This document shows, piece after piece, positions 1 through 8,979 of a stretch of DNA of 64,000 nt; the first letter of the stretch is position 1, and every line of letters starts with the position of its first letter. The notes below the pieces were generated by a model. It saw only the letters and a program-made list of their open reading frames with translations, was not told the origin of the DNA and made no database searches. Source of the stretch: Candidatus Sericytochromatia bacterium (lineage in GTDB: Bacteria > Cyanobacteriota > Sericytochromatia > S15B-MN24 > UBA4093); NCBI GenBank assembly GCA_036676985.1, contig JAKFBU010000030.1, positions 86,494 through 150,493 on the forward strand, in the 5' to 3' direction. The translations under genes were made by a program, and so were the position numbers.

Positions 1-3
1 GGG

Positions 4-693
4 CTAGGGTGCCTGATCCGGAAGCGACGGCTGCGCCGGCTTGAGGTAGTGGCGAACGAGCTCGATGGCGGTCGGCAAGAGGGAGACGATGATGACGCCC
101 AGGATCACGAGCTTGAAGTTCTGCTTGATGGCCGGCAGGTTACCGAAGAAGTAGCCGCCCAGGACGAACAGCGAGATCCAGAGCAGGCCGCCCGTGACGC
201 TGAAGGCCAAAAAGCGGCGGTACGGCATCTGGCCGATGCCCGCCACGAAGGGAGCGAACGTGCGCAGGATGGGGGCGAAGCGCGCCAGGATGAGCGTCTT
301 GCCGCCATGCTTGTCGTAGAAGGCCTGCGTCCGGTCCAGGTGCTTGCGGTTGAGGAACTTGCTGTCGGTGCGGCTGAAGACCTTGGGCCCCATGAAGCGA
401 CCGATCCAGTAGTTGGCGGAGTCGCCCGCCACGGCGGCCACGAACAGCAGCCCCCAGAGCGTTCCGACGTCCATGAGGCCCGCACCGGCAAACGCGCCCG
501 CCGCGAAGAGCAGGGAGTCGCCAGGCAGGAAGGGCGTCACGACGAAGCCCGTCTCGCAGAAGATGATCAGAAACAGGAAGAAGTAGGTCAGGGTGCCGTA
601 GGCCTGAAGGATCTCGGCCAGGTGCTTGTCGAAGTGGAGGATGAAATCGAACAGGTGCATGACGAGGCTGAAGGGGACCTGAAGCAGTTCCAT
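4..693 (-). CDS. dedA: DedA/SNARE-associated membrane protein
   Basis: Motifs FCETGFVVTPFLPGDSLLFAAG, GDSANYWIGR and ARFAPILRTFAPFVAG are typical of DedA. Confidence 0.93.
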   Translation of the reverse strand: MELLQVPFSLVMHLFDFILHFDKHLAEILQAYGTLTYFFLFLIIFCETGFVVTPFLPGDSLLFAAGAFAGAGLMDVGTLWGLLFVAAVAGDSANYWIGRFMGPKVFSRTDSKFLNRKHLDRTQAFYDKHGGKTLILARFAPILRTFAPFVAGIGQMPYRRFLAFSVTGGLLWISLFVLGGYFFGNLPAIKQNFKLVILGVIIVSLLPTAIELVRHYLKPAQPSLPDQAP

Positions 694-718
694 GGAAGCT
701 CCTCTAAGAACGGTTGCT

Positions 719-754
719 AAAAAATCGGGCGCCAGGTTGGCCCTGACGCCCGAT
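719..754 (-). terminator. Intrinsic terminator downstream of tRNA-Leu
   Basis: Imperfect GC-rich hairpin (ATCGGGCG...CGCCCGAT) followed by a T-run on the minus strand. Confidence 0.65.
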
Positions 755-764
755 CATCAATGAG

Positions 765-845
765 TGCGGAGGATGGGACTTGAACCCATACGGATTTCTC
801 CACACGCCCCTCAAACGTGCGCGGCTGCCATTACGCCACCTCCGC
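765..845 (-). tRNA. tRNA-Leu (anticodon GAG); 3' CCA not encoded
   Basis: Reverse complement GCGGAGGTGGCGTAATGGCAGCCGCGCACGTTTGAGGGGCGTGTGGAGAAATCCGTATGGGTTCAAGTCCCATCCTCCGCA: acceptor stem GCGGAGG/CCTCCGC, anticodon loop TTGAGGG, long variable arm, GTTCAAGTC T-loop. Confidence 0.96.
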
Positions 846-857
846 ATTGATGTGCCT

Positions 858-886
858 ATTATGGCGAACTCTCGGGAGGTTGTCAA
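858..886 (-). promoter_or_regulatory. sigma70-type promoter for tRNA-Leu
   Basis: Minus strand TTGACA-17 nt-CATAAT ending 12 nt before the tRNA 5' end. Confidence 0.85.
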
Positions 887-959
887 TGGGGTAAGGCAAC
901 ATTGACCTTATGCTCGGCCCGACCTACACTCGGGCGGGGCGTCCTGAAAGGAGGAGCGC

Positions 960-1526
960 GTGCGGAGTACCCTTGCTTCCTTGGCCATCCTGGGGGCGTT
1001 GGCGCTTCCCGCCGGAGCCTCGACGCTGCCGCGGGCCGACCTCACCAGTCCGGACATGCGCTACTTCGGGATCGGGGTGGGCCATGCCCTGAGCGTGTCG
1101 GCCGACTTCGCCGTCACCCCGAGCTGGACGCTCGGCGCCTCCTTGGGCTCGGGCTTCTGGAACGACCCCGAGCCCTACCGTTACGACGTGCGCGCGGTGT
1201 ACGCCTTCGTCAACGGGGGCCGCACGGCCCTGAGCATCGCGGGAATCCTCGGGATCTGGGGCGGGACGGCCTTCCAGAACCCCTACAACCTGGGCCACCT
1301 GCCGGTGCCCGAGGTCGGCTTCGGGCTCAGCTTCCCTTACCAGGCCTTCATCGCGCGCCTCAACCTGATCGTCCCCTACTACGGCCAGGTCGCGGGCCCC
1401 TACTTCTACATGTTCGGGGGACCCGCGGGCGGCCTCGAGATCGCCTACCGGGTGCGCCCCTACATGGAGGCGACGCTCGGCATCAACGGCCAGGGCAACT
1501 ACCTGGGCCTCAAGCTGGACTTCTAG
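960..1526 (+). CDS. Exported protein, probable small outer-membrane beta-barrel
   Basis: GTG start after AGGAGG, signal peptide, amphipathic beta-strands, C-terminal YLGLKLDF (terminal Phe, BAM-type signal). Confidence 0.7.
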   Translation: MRSTLASLAILGALALPAGASTLPRADLTSPDMRYFGIGVGHALSVSADFAVTPSWTLGASLGSGFWNDPEPYRYDVRAVYAFVNGGRTALSIAGILGIWGGTAFQNPYNLGHLPVPEVGFGLSFPYQAFIARLNLIVPYYGQVAGPYFYMFGGPAGGLEIAYRVRPYMEATLGINGQGNYLGLKLDF

Positions 1527-1552
1527 GCGCCCTGGCAAAGCCTTCAATCGCC

Positions 1553-1581
1553 TTGCGGGCGGGGGATCCGTACGCTACACT
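1553..1581 (+). promoter_or_regulatory. Putative leaderless promoter
   Basis: TTGCGG-17 nt-TACACT, then 6 nt to ATG 1588, no SD. Confidence 0.55.
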
Positions 1582-1587
1582 GTGGGC

Positions 1588-1992
1588 ATGAGGCACGCCC
1601 TACCGGCCCGCGCAGCGCTCACCACCGCGCTTATGCTCTCGCTCACGGCGCTTCCCGCCCGTTCCGAGCCCCAGCCCGGCTTCTCTCCGGCGCCTTTGCC
1701 GCCGGAGCAGGCGCTCTTTTCCGCCTTGCCCCAGCATGATCCCCGCATCGCCATGGGCCTGAGCCTGGCGGTCAACGGCGCGGGCCAATTCTACAACCAC
1801 GAGTCCGCCAAGGGCTGGTGGATGCTCGCTCCTGTACTGGCCTATCCCGCCGCCTGGCTTCTCGACACGGCCCTCGGCGTGGGCTACTTCCGTGCGACCG
1901 ACGCGATCGTCATGGTGGGCACCAAGCTCTACTCGGCCTACGACGCCTACCGCGTGGCGGACGAGGCCGCCCGACGGGCCGAGAAGCAGTAG
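1588..1992 (+). CDS. Exported/membrane hypothetical protein (TM2/DUF5683-like GxGQFY motif)
   Basis: Signal peptide; AMGLSLAVNGAGQFYN and YSAYDAY motifs; start moved to ATG 1588. Confidence 0.6.
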   Translation: MRHALPARAALTTALMLSLTALPARSEPQPGFSPAPLPPEQALFSALPQHDPRIAMGLSLAVNGAGQFYNHESAKGWWMLAPVLAYPAAWLLDTALGVGYFRATDAIVMVGTKLYSAYDAYRVADEAARRAEKQ

Positions 1993-3315
1993 ATGCGATC
2001 GCTCCTTCTCGCCCTGGGCGTCGTCGCCCTCGTCGCACTCCCCGCCCAGGCGAGCCCCACCCTCTGGGGGTACGACGGGCTGGTGACCATGCCGGACGGA
2101 CGCATCGCCAGGGACCGCGAGCTCGAGATCGGCGCGAACGCCCTCCAGCTCTCCAAGCGGCCGTTCGCGGTGACGGGCTTTGTCCGCTACGGCTTCTTCG
2201 ACAGCCTCGAGACGAGCCTGGCCTACGGCGTGCCGGGCCACCCCTACGTGACAGGTGCCCTCAAGTACCAGCTGTTGCGCCCCACGCCGTCCGACCCGAC
2301 GGCCGTGGCAATCGGTGCCAGCCTCCTCGGGGTGCCGACCGCAGGATCGATCGCGGGCAGCAACTACTTCCTCGCCGTGACCCGGGACCTCGGACGCTGG
2401 GGGAGCGTGCACGTGGGCTTCGAGGGCGACCTCGCCCTGAACTCCCGCCTGATGGTGGGCCTGGAGCTGCCCTTGGGGAGCCTGGGCCGCTTGATGGCCG
2501 AGGGGCGCGGACCGCAGACCGGATCGGCGCCCTTCGCGAACGTCGGCGCGGAGCTCACCCCCTTTCCGTGGCTCCGGCTCGGAGCCGGCAGCGTGGGCGA
2601 GCCGGGCGATTGGCTCGCGCGCGGCTACTACGCGGGCGGCAGCCTGCGAACCGTGCTCCCCGAGTACGGCCGCTGGTTCACCGCTCGGCCTTCCAGCCCG
2701 AAACCGAGCCCCGCGCCGAGCGGCACGCCGGCTCCGCGGCCGAGCCCCGCGCCGACAGGCACGGTCCAGCCTCCGGCCCTGCCCGCCGCGACGCTCATCG
2801 GGCGGGTGGTCGGGAGCGACGGCACGCCCCGGAGCGGCTACACGGCGCTCCTCGTCGGCAGCACCAAGCGGGCCATCACCAACGCCAGCGGCTACTTCTA
2901 CTTCCTGGGACTGACGCCCGGCTCCTATCAGGTCCAGGTCCTGGACCGGTCCGGGAACCAGGTGGCGGTGGCCGGGGCCCAGCTATCGACCGAGCCCGTG
3001 ACGGTCCAGGTGCAGGTCAAGGAGGGACGGCAGCCAGCGGAGGTGGAGCGGCGCGGCTCGGTGGCGGGCAGCGTCTCCGACGCGCAGAACGGCTCGCCGC
3101 TCTCCGAGGCTCGCCTGACGGTGGTGGGCAATGGCGTGAGCGTGCTCGCCGTGAGCAACGCCCAGGGCCGCTTCCAGGTCATCGATCTGCCGCTCGGGGA
3201 CTACAAGGTTCGCGCCGAGCGCAAGGGATATCGTCCCGAGGCGCTAAGCGCCCGGATCGAGGCCGCGTCCCTCCATCCCCTGCTGAAGCTGACCATGACG
3301 CGCGAGCGCCCGTGA
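1993..3315 (+). CDS. YjbH-like outer-membrane domain + Pro-rich linker + two carboxypeptidase-regulatory-like domains
   Basis: Signal peptide; GYDGLVTMPDG start typical of YjbH-like barrels; LIGRVVGSDG..TNASGYF and GSVAGSVSDAQNGSPL..SNAQGRF..G.YKV domains. Confidence 0.65.
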   Translation: MRSLLLALGVVALVALPAQASPTLWGYDGLVTMPDGRIARDRELEIGANALQLSKRPFAVTGFVRYGFFDSLETSLAYGVPGHPYVTGALKYQLLRPTPSDPTAVAIGASLLGVPTAGSIAGSNYFLAVTRDLGRWGSVHVGFEGDLALNSRLMVGLELPLGSLGRLMAEGRGPQTGSAPFANVGAELTPFPWLRLGAGSVGEPGDWLARGYYAGGSLRTVLPEYGRWFTARPSSPKPSPAPSGTPAPRPSPAPTGTVQPPALPAATLIGRVVGSDGTPRSGYTALLVGSTKRAITNASGYFYFLGLTPGSYQVQVLDRSGNQVAVAGAQLSTEPVTVQVQVKEGRQPAEVERRGSVAGSVSDAQNGSPLSEARLTVVGNGVSVLAVSNAQGRFQVIDLPLGDYKVRAERKGYRPEALSARIEAASLHPLLKLTMTRERP

Positions 3316-3758
3316 TGGAGCCGCGCGCTGCCAGCTACCGGGTCCTCGCCGCCCTGAGCTACCTGCCGCCCGTCGCCGTCGGCGTGCTCGTGATGGCGGA
3401 GTATCGCTCGGTCCGTCACCTGCGCTTCCACGCCCTGCAGTCGCTCGCGCTCATGGTCCTGAGCTTCGGCGGGGCCATGCTGATCGGCTGGCTCGGCACC
3501 CTGTTCGGAAACCTGCCATGGCTCGGCTTCTTCCTGAGCGCGTTCCTGGGGCTGGCCATCTCGCTCTGGATGATGCTCATGCTCGGCGTCTCCGTCTATG
3601 GCGCGGTCACGGCCTACCAGGGCAAGAGCACGCGCCTCTGGCTGCTGGACCGCTACGTGCGCCGGCTCGATCGCTGGGCCGAGAAGCGCTTCAACCCGGC
3701 CGCCCCCGTGCCGGCGGAGCCCCCCAAGCGCAAGCGGCGCGCCGGTCCTCGCCCCTAG
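3315..3758 (+). CDS. DUF4870/Tic20-like membrane protein
   Basis: ATG overlaps upstream stop (TGATG); LAALSYL..VRHLRFHALQSL..AYQGK pattern; several TM helices. Confidence 0.75.
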   Translation: MEPRAASYRVLAALSYLPPVAVGVLVMAEYRSVRHLRFHALQSLALMVLSFGGAMLIGWLGTLFGNLPWLGFFLSAFLGLAISLWMMLMLGVSVYGAVTAYQGKSTRLWLLDRYVRRLDRWAEKRFNPAAPVPAEPPKRKRRAGPRP

Positions 3759-3809
3759 GCCCCGTTCCTTGCTTGCTTCCATTACAATGGGAGCAAGGAG
3801 GGGTCGACC

Positions 3810-4418
3810 GTGAACCATGCCCTAGCCACCCGCCTCGCGGCCAGCCTCGTCGTCCTGCTCGTCGTCGGCTGCTCGGAGCCCGTCAAGACCGTCACGCTGA
3901 AGGGGAAGATCCGTCCGCCTTCCAGCGAGGGCGTCTCCGGAGCCCCCGCCCAGCCAACCGTCGCCAACACGCCCCTGCTGGTGTCCAACCTCGCAGGCAC
4001 CCTCGCCAAGTCCGAGGCGGCCCGGGTCCAGAACGCGGCGGGCGACTTCTCCTTCGAGCTGCGCACCGACACCCTGCCCGCGGCGGGCGACTTCGTGAAG
4101 GTCGCCTGGGCGCACCCGACCCGGGGCGGGATCCTGCTCGAGCGGACCTACTCCCTCAACCACAACCAGACCGGCGAGATCGCGGGGGATCTCACGGACC
4201 TCGCGACGCTGGTGACCTTGGGCCTCGAAAGCCTGCGCCAGACCCAGCCGGGACGCACGGTGAGCCCGCCCACCATGCTCGAGGACCAGCTCATCTCGGC
4301 AAGCACGCTGCGCAGCCGCTTCCAGACGCGCTACTACTCCTATCTCGGGGGCGGTGAGCCCGCTCCGGGTGCCGATGCCGACCTCGCGCAGGACAGCGCC
4401 GAGCTCCTCTTCAAGTAG
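3810..4418 (+). CDS. Lipoprotein, unknown function
   Basis: GTG after AAGGAGG; lipobox VVGC. Confidence 0.7.
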   Translation: MNHALATRLAASLVVLLVVGCSEPVKTVTLKGKIRPPSSEGVSGAPAQPTVANTPLLVSNLAGTLAKSEAARVQNAAGDFSFELRTDTLPAAGDFVKVAWAHPTRGGILLERTYSLNHNQTGEIAGDLTDLATLVTLGLESLRQTQPGRTVSPPTMLEDQLISASTLRSRFQTRYYSYLGGGEPAPGADADLAQDSAELLFK

Positions 4419-4514
4419 GCGGATCGACCAGGGATTTTCGTCCCCCAGGCCAAGCGATCGCAAAACCCTCGGTGCTAGGCTCCACCCCAGGAGTCCCTGT
4501 GCTGGAGGTCTGCC

Positions 4515-5153
4515 ATGGGAGCGTCGTTGTCCCGCATCCGCCCGAGGGTTCTGGCCGCTGCGATCGCCCTGATGACGCTCGCCGGCTGCGAGTGGCCGCG
4601 CGTCTCCCCCGAGAGCACGCTGTCCGGCCTCGTGGCCATCCGCGGCCAGGCGCTCCTGCCTATGGACTACGTGGTGGCGGCCGACTCCCAGCCGGCGCCG
4701 CGCAGCTTCCGCGCGGCGCTGGTCACCATGGAGGGCGCCACGCTCGCGGTCGGGACCATCCTGGACGCCGAGGGCAACTTCTCGGTGCACGTGCCCGCAA
4801 GCTCCCTGGCGGCGTCGCCCACCCTCTACCAGGTGGATCTGCTCGATCCGGGGCGCGCTCCGACCTATCGCGGCCTCATTCGCCTCACCAAGCGGCACCG
4901 CGAGGCCACCATCACCCTCAACGGCGCCAGCAGCACCATCGCCCTGGCGGCCCGCGAGGCCTTGCGACAAGGCAAGGATCCGAGCAACTGGGCGCTCGAT
5001 GCCCTCTTCAAGCACCCCCAGGTCCAAACCTTGGGGCTGCAGTACGCCAACCAGCTCGCCCGCTGGAGCAACGGCCCGACCATCGCCTCCGAGCCGCCCG
5101 CGCCCTCGGCGAGCAGCCTCGAGCAGGTCATGGCCCTCGCCGCCGGCCTCTAG
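4515..5153 (+). CDS. Lipoprotein with transthyretin/carboxypeptidase-regulatory-like N-domain
   Basis: SD GGAGG; lipobox LAGC; LDAEGNFSV and TLNGASSTIALA motifs shared with lipoproteins at 14359, 19030 and 22079. Confidence 0.7.
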   Translation: MGASLSRIRPRVLAAAIALMTLAGCEWPRVSPESTLSGLVAIRGQALLPMDYVVAADSQPAPRSFRAALVTMEGATLAVGTILDAEGNFSVHVPASSLAASPTLYQVDLLDPGRAPTYRGLIRLTKRHREATITLNGASSTIALAAREALRQGKDPSNWALDALFKHPQVQTLGLQYANQLARWSNGPTIASEPPAPSASSLEQVMALAAGL

Positions 5154-5165
5154 GCTCCTCCAAAC

Positions 5166-5193
5166 TTTCAACGGAGCTTAAACCCACCTTCAC
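5166..5193 (+). promoter_or_regulatory. Three hexamers at 11-bp period (OmpR/PhoB-type site candidate)
   Basis: TTTCAA-N5-CTTAAA-N5-CTTCAC; closely matches 12646-12673. Confidence 0.45.
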
Positions 5194-5264
5194 CGGATCG
5201 ACGTCAGTTCGGTCCGGCCCTCGTGCATATAGTGTTAGGAACAACACACGAGGAGGGTGGGAGA

Positions 5265-5846
5265 ATGATTCGTCAGCTGCGTTTTGCGCCGATGTTGGTG
5301 GCCCTGGGACTGAGCTTCGCCATCGCGACCGGCTGCGGCCAGAAGGCCATCAACCAGACCGACGAGCTGGACACCGACTCCAGCAGCTCGTACACCCAGA
5401 CGACGAACTCGTCGGGCCTGACCAGCAACGACCTGTTCATGGACACCTCGACGAGCTCGGCCACCTCGAGCGCCACGCCGACCCCGGCGCCGGTCGCCAC
5501 CCCGACCCCGATGCCCGCGGCGACGCCGACGCCGACCCCCGAGCCGGTCGCCACCCCGACGCCCGCGCCCATCGATCTGGCCTACGCCCTGCGCGCCAAG
5601 GTCACCAGCACCGAGACCCACGGCATCCTCATGTGGAAGACGCTCGAGGCCAAGGTCCAGGTGATGAACCCCAGCTTCCTCAAGCAGCAGTCGGGCACCC
5701 TGGTCGTCACCTTCACCAAGGACGGCAACACCGTCGAGACCAAGCAGCTCTCCGTCGTGCTCGACCCGGCCGAGATCCGCGACTACTCCGTCCGCTCCAG
5801 CGACAACGCGGATGCGGCGACGGCCAACGTGATCACCCAGCAGTAG
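5265..5846 (+). CDS. Lipoprotein with Ser/Thr/Pro-rich linker and C-terminal Ig-like domain
   Basis: ATG 5265 after AGGAGG; lipobox ATGC; (TP)n repeats; paralogous to the next gene. Confidence 0.75.
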   Translation: MIRQLRFAPMLVALGLSFAIATGCGQKAINQTDELDTDSSSSYTQTTNSSGLTSNDLFMDTSTSSATSSATPTPAPVATPTPMPAATPTPTPEPVATPTPAPIDLAYALRAKVTSTETHGILMWKTLEAKVQVMNPSFLKQQSGTLVVTFTKDGNTVETKQLSVVLDPAEIRDYSVRSSDNADAATANVITQQ

Positions 5847-5874
5847 CGCCCCACGACCCACCGAGGAGACCGCC

Positions 5875-6360
5875 ATGCGTCACAGCCCCTACCTCTTAGC
5901 GGCGATGCTGGCGGCTTCCCTCTTGGCGGGCTGCACCGAGGAGATCATCACCACCCCGGACCAGAGCGCCTACCGCCAGGACACCACGACCAGCTCCTAC
6001 TCGAACGTGCCCGCGAGCAGCAACGGGATCTACAACCCCTACACGGGTATTGCGACCACGAGCCAGACGGCCACCACGTCGACCACTCCGACGGCCGGTG
6101 CGCTCGTGCAGGCCCAGGTCACGGCCTCGACGCCGCGCGGGCTCTTCAAGAAGACGCTCGAGGTGACCGTACAGGTGTCGAACAAGGACACCGTCGAGCA
6201 CTCGGGCTACCTGGTCGTCACCTTCACGGACGCGGCCGGCAAGACGGAGCTCGCGTACCGGTACGTGACGATCGCCCCCAATGGCTTGCAGTCGGTGACT
6301 GTTTCGTCGACCAATCCGGCCTCCTCGGGGTCGGTGGTGTTCAAAGAGCGGTTCTTGTAG
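5875..6360 (+). CDS. Lipoprotein, tandem paralog of 5265-5846
   Basis: Lipobox LAGC; shares KTLE..VQV.N and SG.LVVTFT motifs. Confidence 0.75.
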   Translation: MRHSPYLLAAMLAASLLAGCTEEIITTPDQSAYRQDTTTSSYSNVPASSNGIYNPYTGIATTSQTATTSTTPTAGALVQAQVTASTPRGLFKKTLEVTVQVSNKDTVEHSGYLVVTFTDAAGKTELAYRYVTIAPNGLQSVTVSSTNPASSGSVVFKERFL

Positions 6361-6386
6361 CCTTCCGAGCGAGCGAAGACTCGTTC

Positions 6387-6420
6387 TACCCCCCCTTCCC
6401 CCCCTGCTAGGGGGGCTTTC
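6387..6420. repeat. REP-like palindrome, family A (CCCCCTTCCCCCCCTGCT..GGGGGG)
   Basis: Close match to the arms at 41952-41993 and 42061-42098. Confidence 0.65.
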
Positions 6421-6459
6421 TGTTGGCGGCATCCGGATAACAGCCGGCTGCGTGCTATC

Positions 6460-7533
6460 ATGACAGCCGATCGCCCGCAGTTCGAGAGGCCCATGACCGC
6501 CCCACTCCACGCCGTCACAGGTCCCATCCAGCCTCCCATCCGACCACCCGCCACCTGGGTGGCCGAGCACCTTGCCGTGCTGGGCGCCGAGTCGGTGCTG
6601 TGCCTCTTCACCGGCTGGGGAGCCGAAGCCCGGGCCCTCAAGAAGCAGGGGCTGACGGTGACCACCGCCGACCAGCTCGCCGCAAGCGTCTGGTGGAACC
6701 GCGCGTTTGTCGCCGCAGGCGTCGTACCCCTCAGCGAGCGCCGGATCAACGAGTGGTCCAAGCTCCGCAAGGAGCCGGAAGTCGTCAAGCGCTTCATGCC
6801 GTGGGCGAACCGCTACTTCACGCCCGAAGAGACGATCTGGCTCGGGATCTGGTACCAGCACATCCACCGCTCGGAGGCGTCGGTGGCCGAGAAGGCCATC
6901 GGGACGGTCGCCGTCTACTGGACGATCCGCTACTGGCTGAGCTGGAACCGGGAGGAGCTGGGCTTCAAGCCGCTTCCGCCCTCGGCGGTCTTTCGGCGCT
7001 ACGTCGAACAGGCGCATCGCCTGCTCGACCGCATGCAGGGGCTACCGCCGCACGCTCACCGAGCCGAGAAAATGGCGCCAGAAGCGGCGTTGGCCAATTT
7101 CCCGGGGGACCTGCTCCTTTGTTACGTCCCCCCGGTCGAGGGTATAGAAGCACTGGGTCTGGCGCAGCAACTCTGCGAACGATGGACTGGCGGGGATCCG
7201 ACGGCTCCGCCGATGAGCTACCCGCAGGGAACGCTCGGAGGCGCCTTCGAGGATTCCAGAGCGCACCTCCAGGCGGTCTCCAGGCTGCTTTCCGGTGCTT
7301 CCGGACACCGCCTTGTCGCCCTGTCCTACCAAGGCGACGTGGGAGAGGCGCTAGAAGCCCTGGTGGCCGAGAGTCGCCCGGTCCTGTCGCGCCAAGAGTT
7401 GCAGGTGCCATATCCGGACGCCGACGGTTCAAGTATAATCATCCAGGGTTTGCTAGTTGCAGGCTCACCGATGGCGGTCGAGCCAGGCATGAGGCGGGAC
7501 ACCGACGGCGCCAGGGACGAGGGGACAGAGTAA
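6460..7533 (+). CDS. DNA adenine methyltransferase (D12/Dam-like) fold protein with degenerate catalytic motifs; start may be ATG 6493
   Basis: SVLCLFTGWG...KKQGLTVTTAD resembles motif I/II; expected DPPY motif reads DLLLCYVPPV; abuts the DUF4388 gene. Confidence 0.6.
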   Translation: MTADRPQFERPMTAPLHAVTGPIQPPIRPPATWVAEHLAVLGAESVLCLFTGWGAEARALKKQGLTVTTADQLAASVWWNRAFVAAGVVPLSERRINEWSKLRKEPEVVKRFMPWANRYFTPEETIWLGIWYQHIHRSEASVAEKAIGTVAVYWTIRYWLSWNREELGFKPLPPSAVFRRYVEQAHRLLDRMQGLPPHAHRAEKMAPEAALANFPGDLLLCYVPPVEGIEALGLAQQLCERWTGGDPTAPPMSYPQGTLGGAFEDSRAHLQAVSRLLSGASGHRLVALSYQGDVGEALEALVAESRPVLSRQELQVPYPDADGSSIIIQGLLVAGSPMAVEPGMRRDTDGARDEGTE

Positions 7534-8445
7534 ATGATTTCGGAAGGCAGCCTTCAGGACTTCAGCCTGAGCGATCTCTTGCAGATCATCAGCCTCAACG
7601 CGTCGACCGGCGTGCTCCGCGTCGCGAGCGAGGGCCGCGAGGCCATGCTGTGCTGCCGCCAGGGCGAGATCGCCAGCGCCACCGCCCAGGACCTCTCCGC
7701 CGAGGAGGCCGTCTACGCCATCTTCCAGTGGGAGACGGGCACCTTCCAGTTCGACGCCCTTGAGCCCGTCGAGGCTCCCGGCAAGGTCTCGACGCCGCTT
7801 TCCGAGATCGCCAAGGAAGGGATCCGGCGCCTGGATCAGTGGCGCTCGATCCGCCGCGAGATGCCCCTCTTGACCACCCGCGCCCGCTTCCGCAGCGAGC
7901 AGGCCCAGCTGGCGAGCTCGCTGACGCCCGCGAGCACCGAGGTCTGGGCCGCCATCTCGGGCACCGAGGGCCTGACCCTCGCCGAGATCGCCTCCTCCAC
8001 CCACCTCAACGACCTCGCCGTCGCCCAGGGCCTCCTGGAGCTGCACCGCGAGGGGATGCTCCTCATCGAGACCTCGCCCGAGGAGGCCATGCGCTCCATG
8101 TTTCAGCGGGCGAGCGAAGAGGTCTACGCGCGCTTCGCGTCCATCTCGGGGCTCAAGATGACCGAGGGGCTCGAGACCCTCTTGAACCACCTCGCCCGCA
8201 CCAAGGGCGTCGAGCTGCGCTGGCGCAGCGGCCTGGTCCAGGACGGCCTGCCCGGCTCTTGGTCCGCCGATGCCCTGCGGCCCGTCTACCGTGATTTCCT
8301 GATTTCCCAGCTGGAGTACGTGACCAAGATCCACGGTCCCGGCTTCACCGAGAAGGCGCTCGAAGGAGCGATCAGCGGCTTTTCCCCCGAGGAGAAGCAG
8401 GGCTGGCACTCGCTGGAGCTGCCCGAGACCTTGACCGCCCGCTAA
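7534..8445 (+). CDS. DUF4388 (PATAN-like) domain protein
   Basis: EGSLQDFSLSDLLQIISLNASTGVLRV...GEI..A...AEEAVYAIFQWETGTFQF...EGIRRLDQW. Confidence 0.88.
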   Translation: MISEGSLQDFSLSDLLQIISLNASTGVLRVASEGREAMLCCRQGEIASATAQDLSAEEAVYAIFQWETGTFQFDALEPVEAPGKVSTPLSEIAKEGIRRLDQWRSIRREMPLLTTRARFRSEQAQLASSLTPASTEVWAAISGTEGLTLAEIASSTHLNDLAVAQGLLELHREGMLLIETSPEEAMRSMFQRASEEVYARFASISGLKMTEGLETLLNHLARTKGVELRWRSGLVQDGLPGSWSADALRPVYRDFLISQLEYVTKIHGPGFTEKALEGAISGFSPEEKQGWHSLELPETLTAR

Positions 8446-8484
8446 TCGACCCGGGCGACCCCCGGCAGGAGGACACCGACACCC

Positions 8485-8967
8485 ATGGCCACCAAGAGCT
8501 CCAAGCACCTGGTCCTGACCGAAGAAGGAATCCGAGGGATCAACAACACCCTCGGCAACTTCGTGCTCGACTCGGGAGCAAAGGCCATCCTCTTGATCGA
8601 CAAGAGCGGCCAGATGATCGCCGCCCAGGGCGAGACCAGCTCGTTCGACACCATGTCGATCTCGGCCCTCATCACCGGGTCGTTCAACTCGACCAAGGCG
8701 ATCGCCACCCTCTTGGGCGAGGCCGAGTTCAAGACCATGTTCCAGCAGGGTCATTCCAGCTCGATCTACATGGTCGCCCTGTCCAGCCAGGACGTGCTGG
8801 GCGTCATCTTCCCCAACCAGATCACCGTGGGCCGCATCAAGTACAAGCTCGATCAGGTCGTCCCCACGGTCGACCAGCAGCTGCAGGTCATGTACCAGCA
8901 GAGCCCCACCACGTCCCCCATCAGGCCCGCGCAGGCGCCGGCGCCGAAGATCAACGACCTGTTTTAG
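8485..8967 (+). CDS. mglB: Roadblock/LC7 protein, MglB-like GAP
   Basis: AKAILLIDKSGQMIAAQG, SISALITGSFNSTKAIATLLGEAEF; directly upstream of mglA. Confidence 0.88.
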   Translation: MATKSSKHLVLTEEGIRGINNTLGNFVLDSGAKAILLIDKSGQMIAAQGETSSFDTMSISALITGSFNSTKAIATLLGEAEFKTMFQQGHSSSIYMVALSSQDVLGVIFPNQITVGRIKYKLDQVVPTVDQQLQVMYQQSPTTSPIRPAQAPAPKINDLF

Positions 8968-8979
8968 GAGTGATAGCCG

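Noticed and set aside
765-845. tRNA as integration site of an island
   Set aside because: No integrase and no duplicated tRNA 3' end noticed in the window
5470-5570. Tandem DNA repeats (also ~2700-2760, ~15430-15515, ~36960-37040)
   Set aside because: They encode Pro/Thr/Ala linkers within proteins
6460-7533. Restriction-modification system
   Set aside because: No endonuclease neighbour, and catalytic motifs are degenerate
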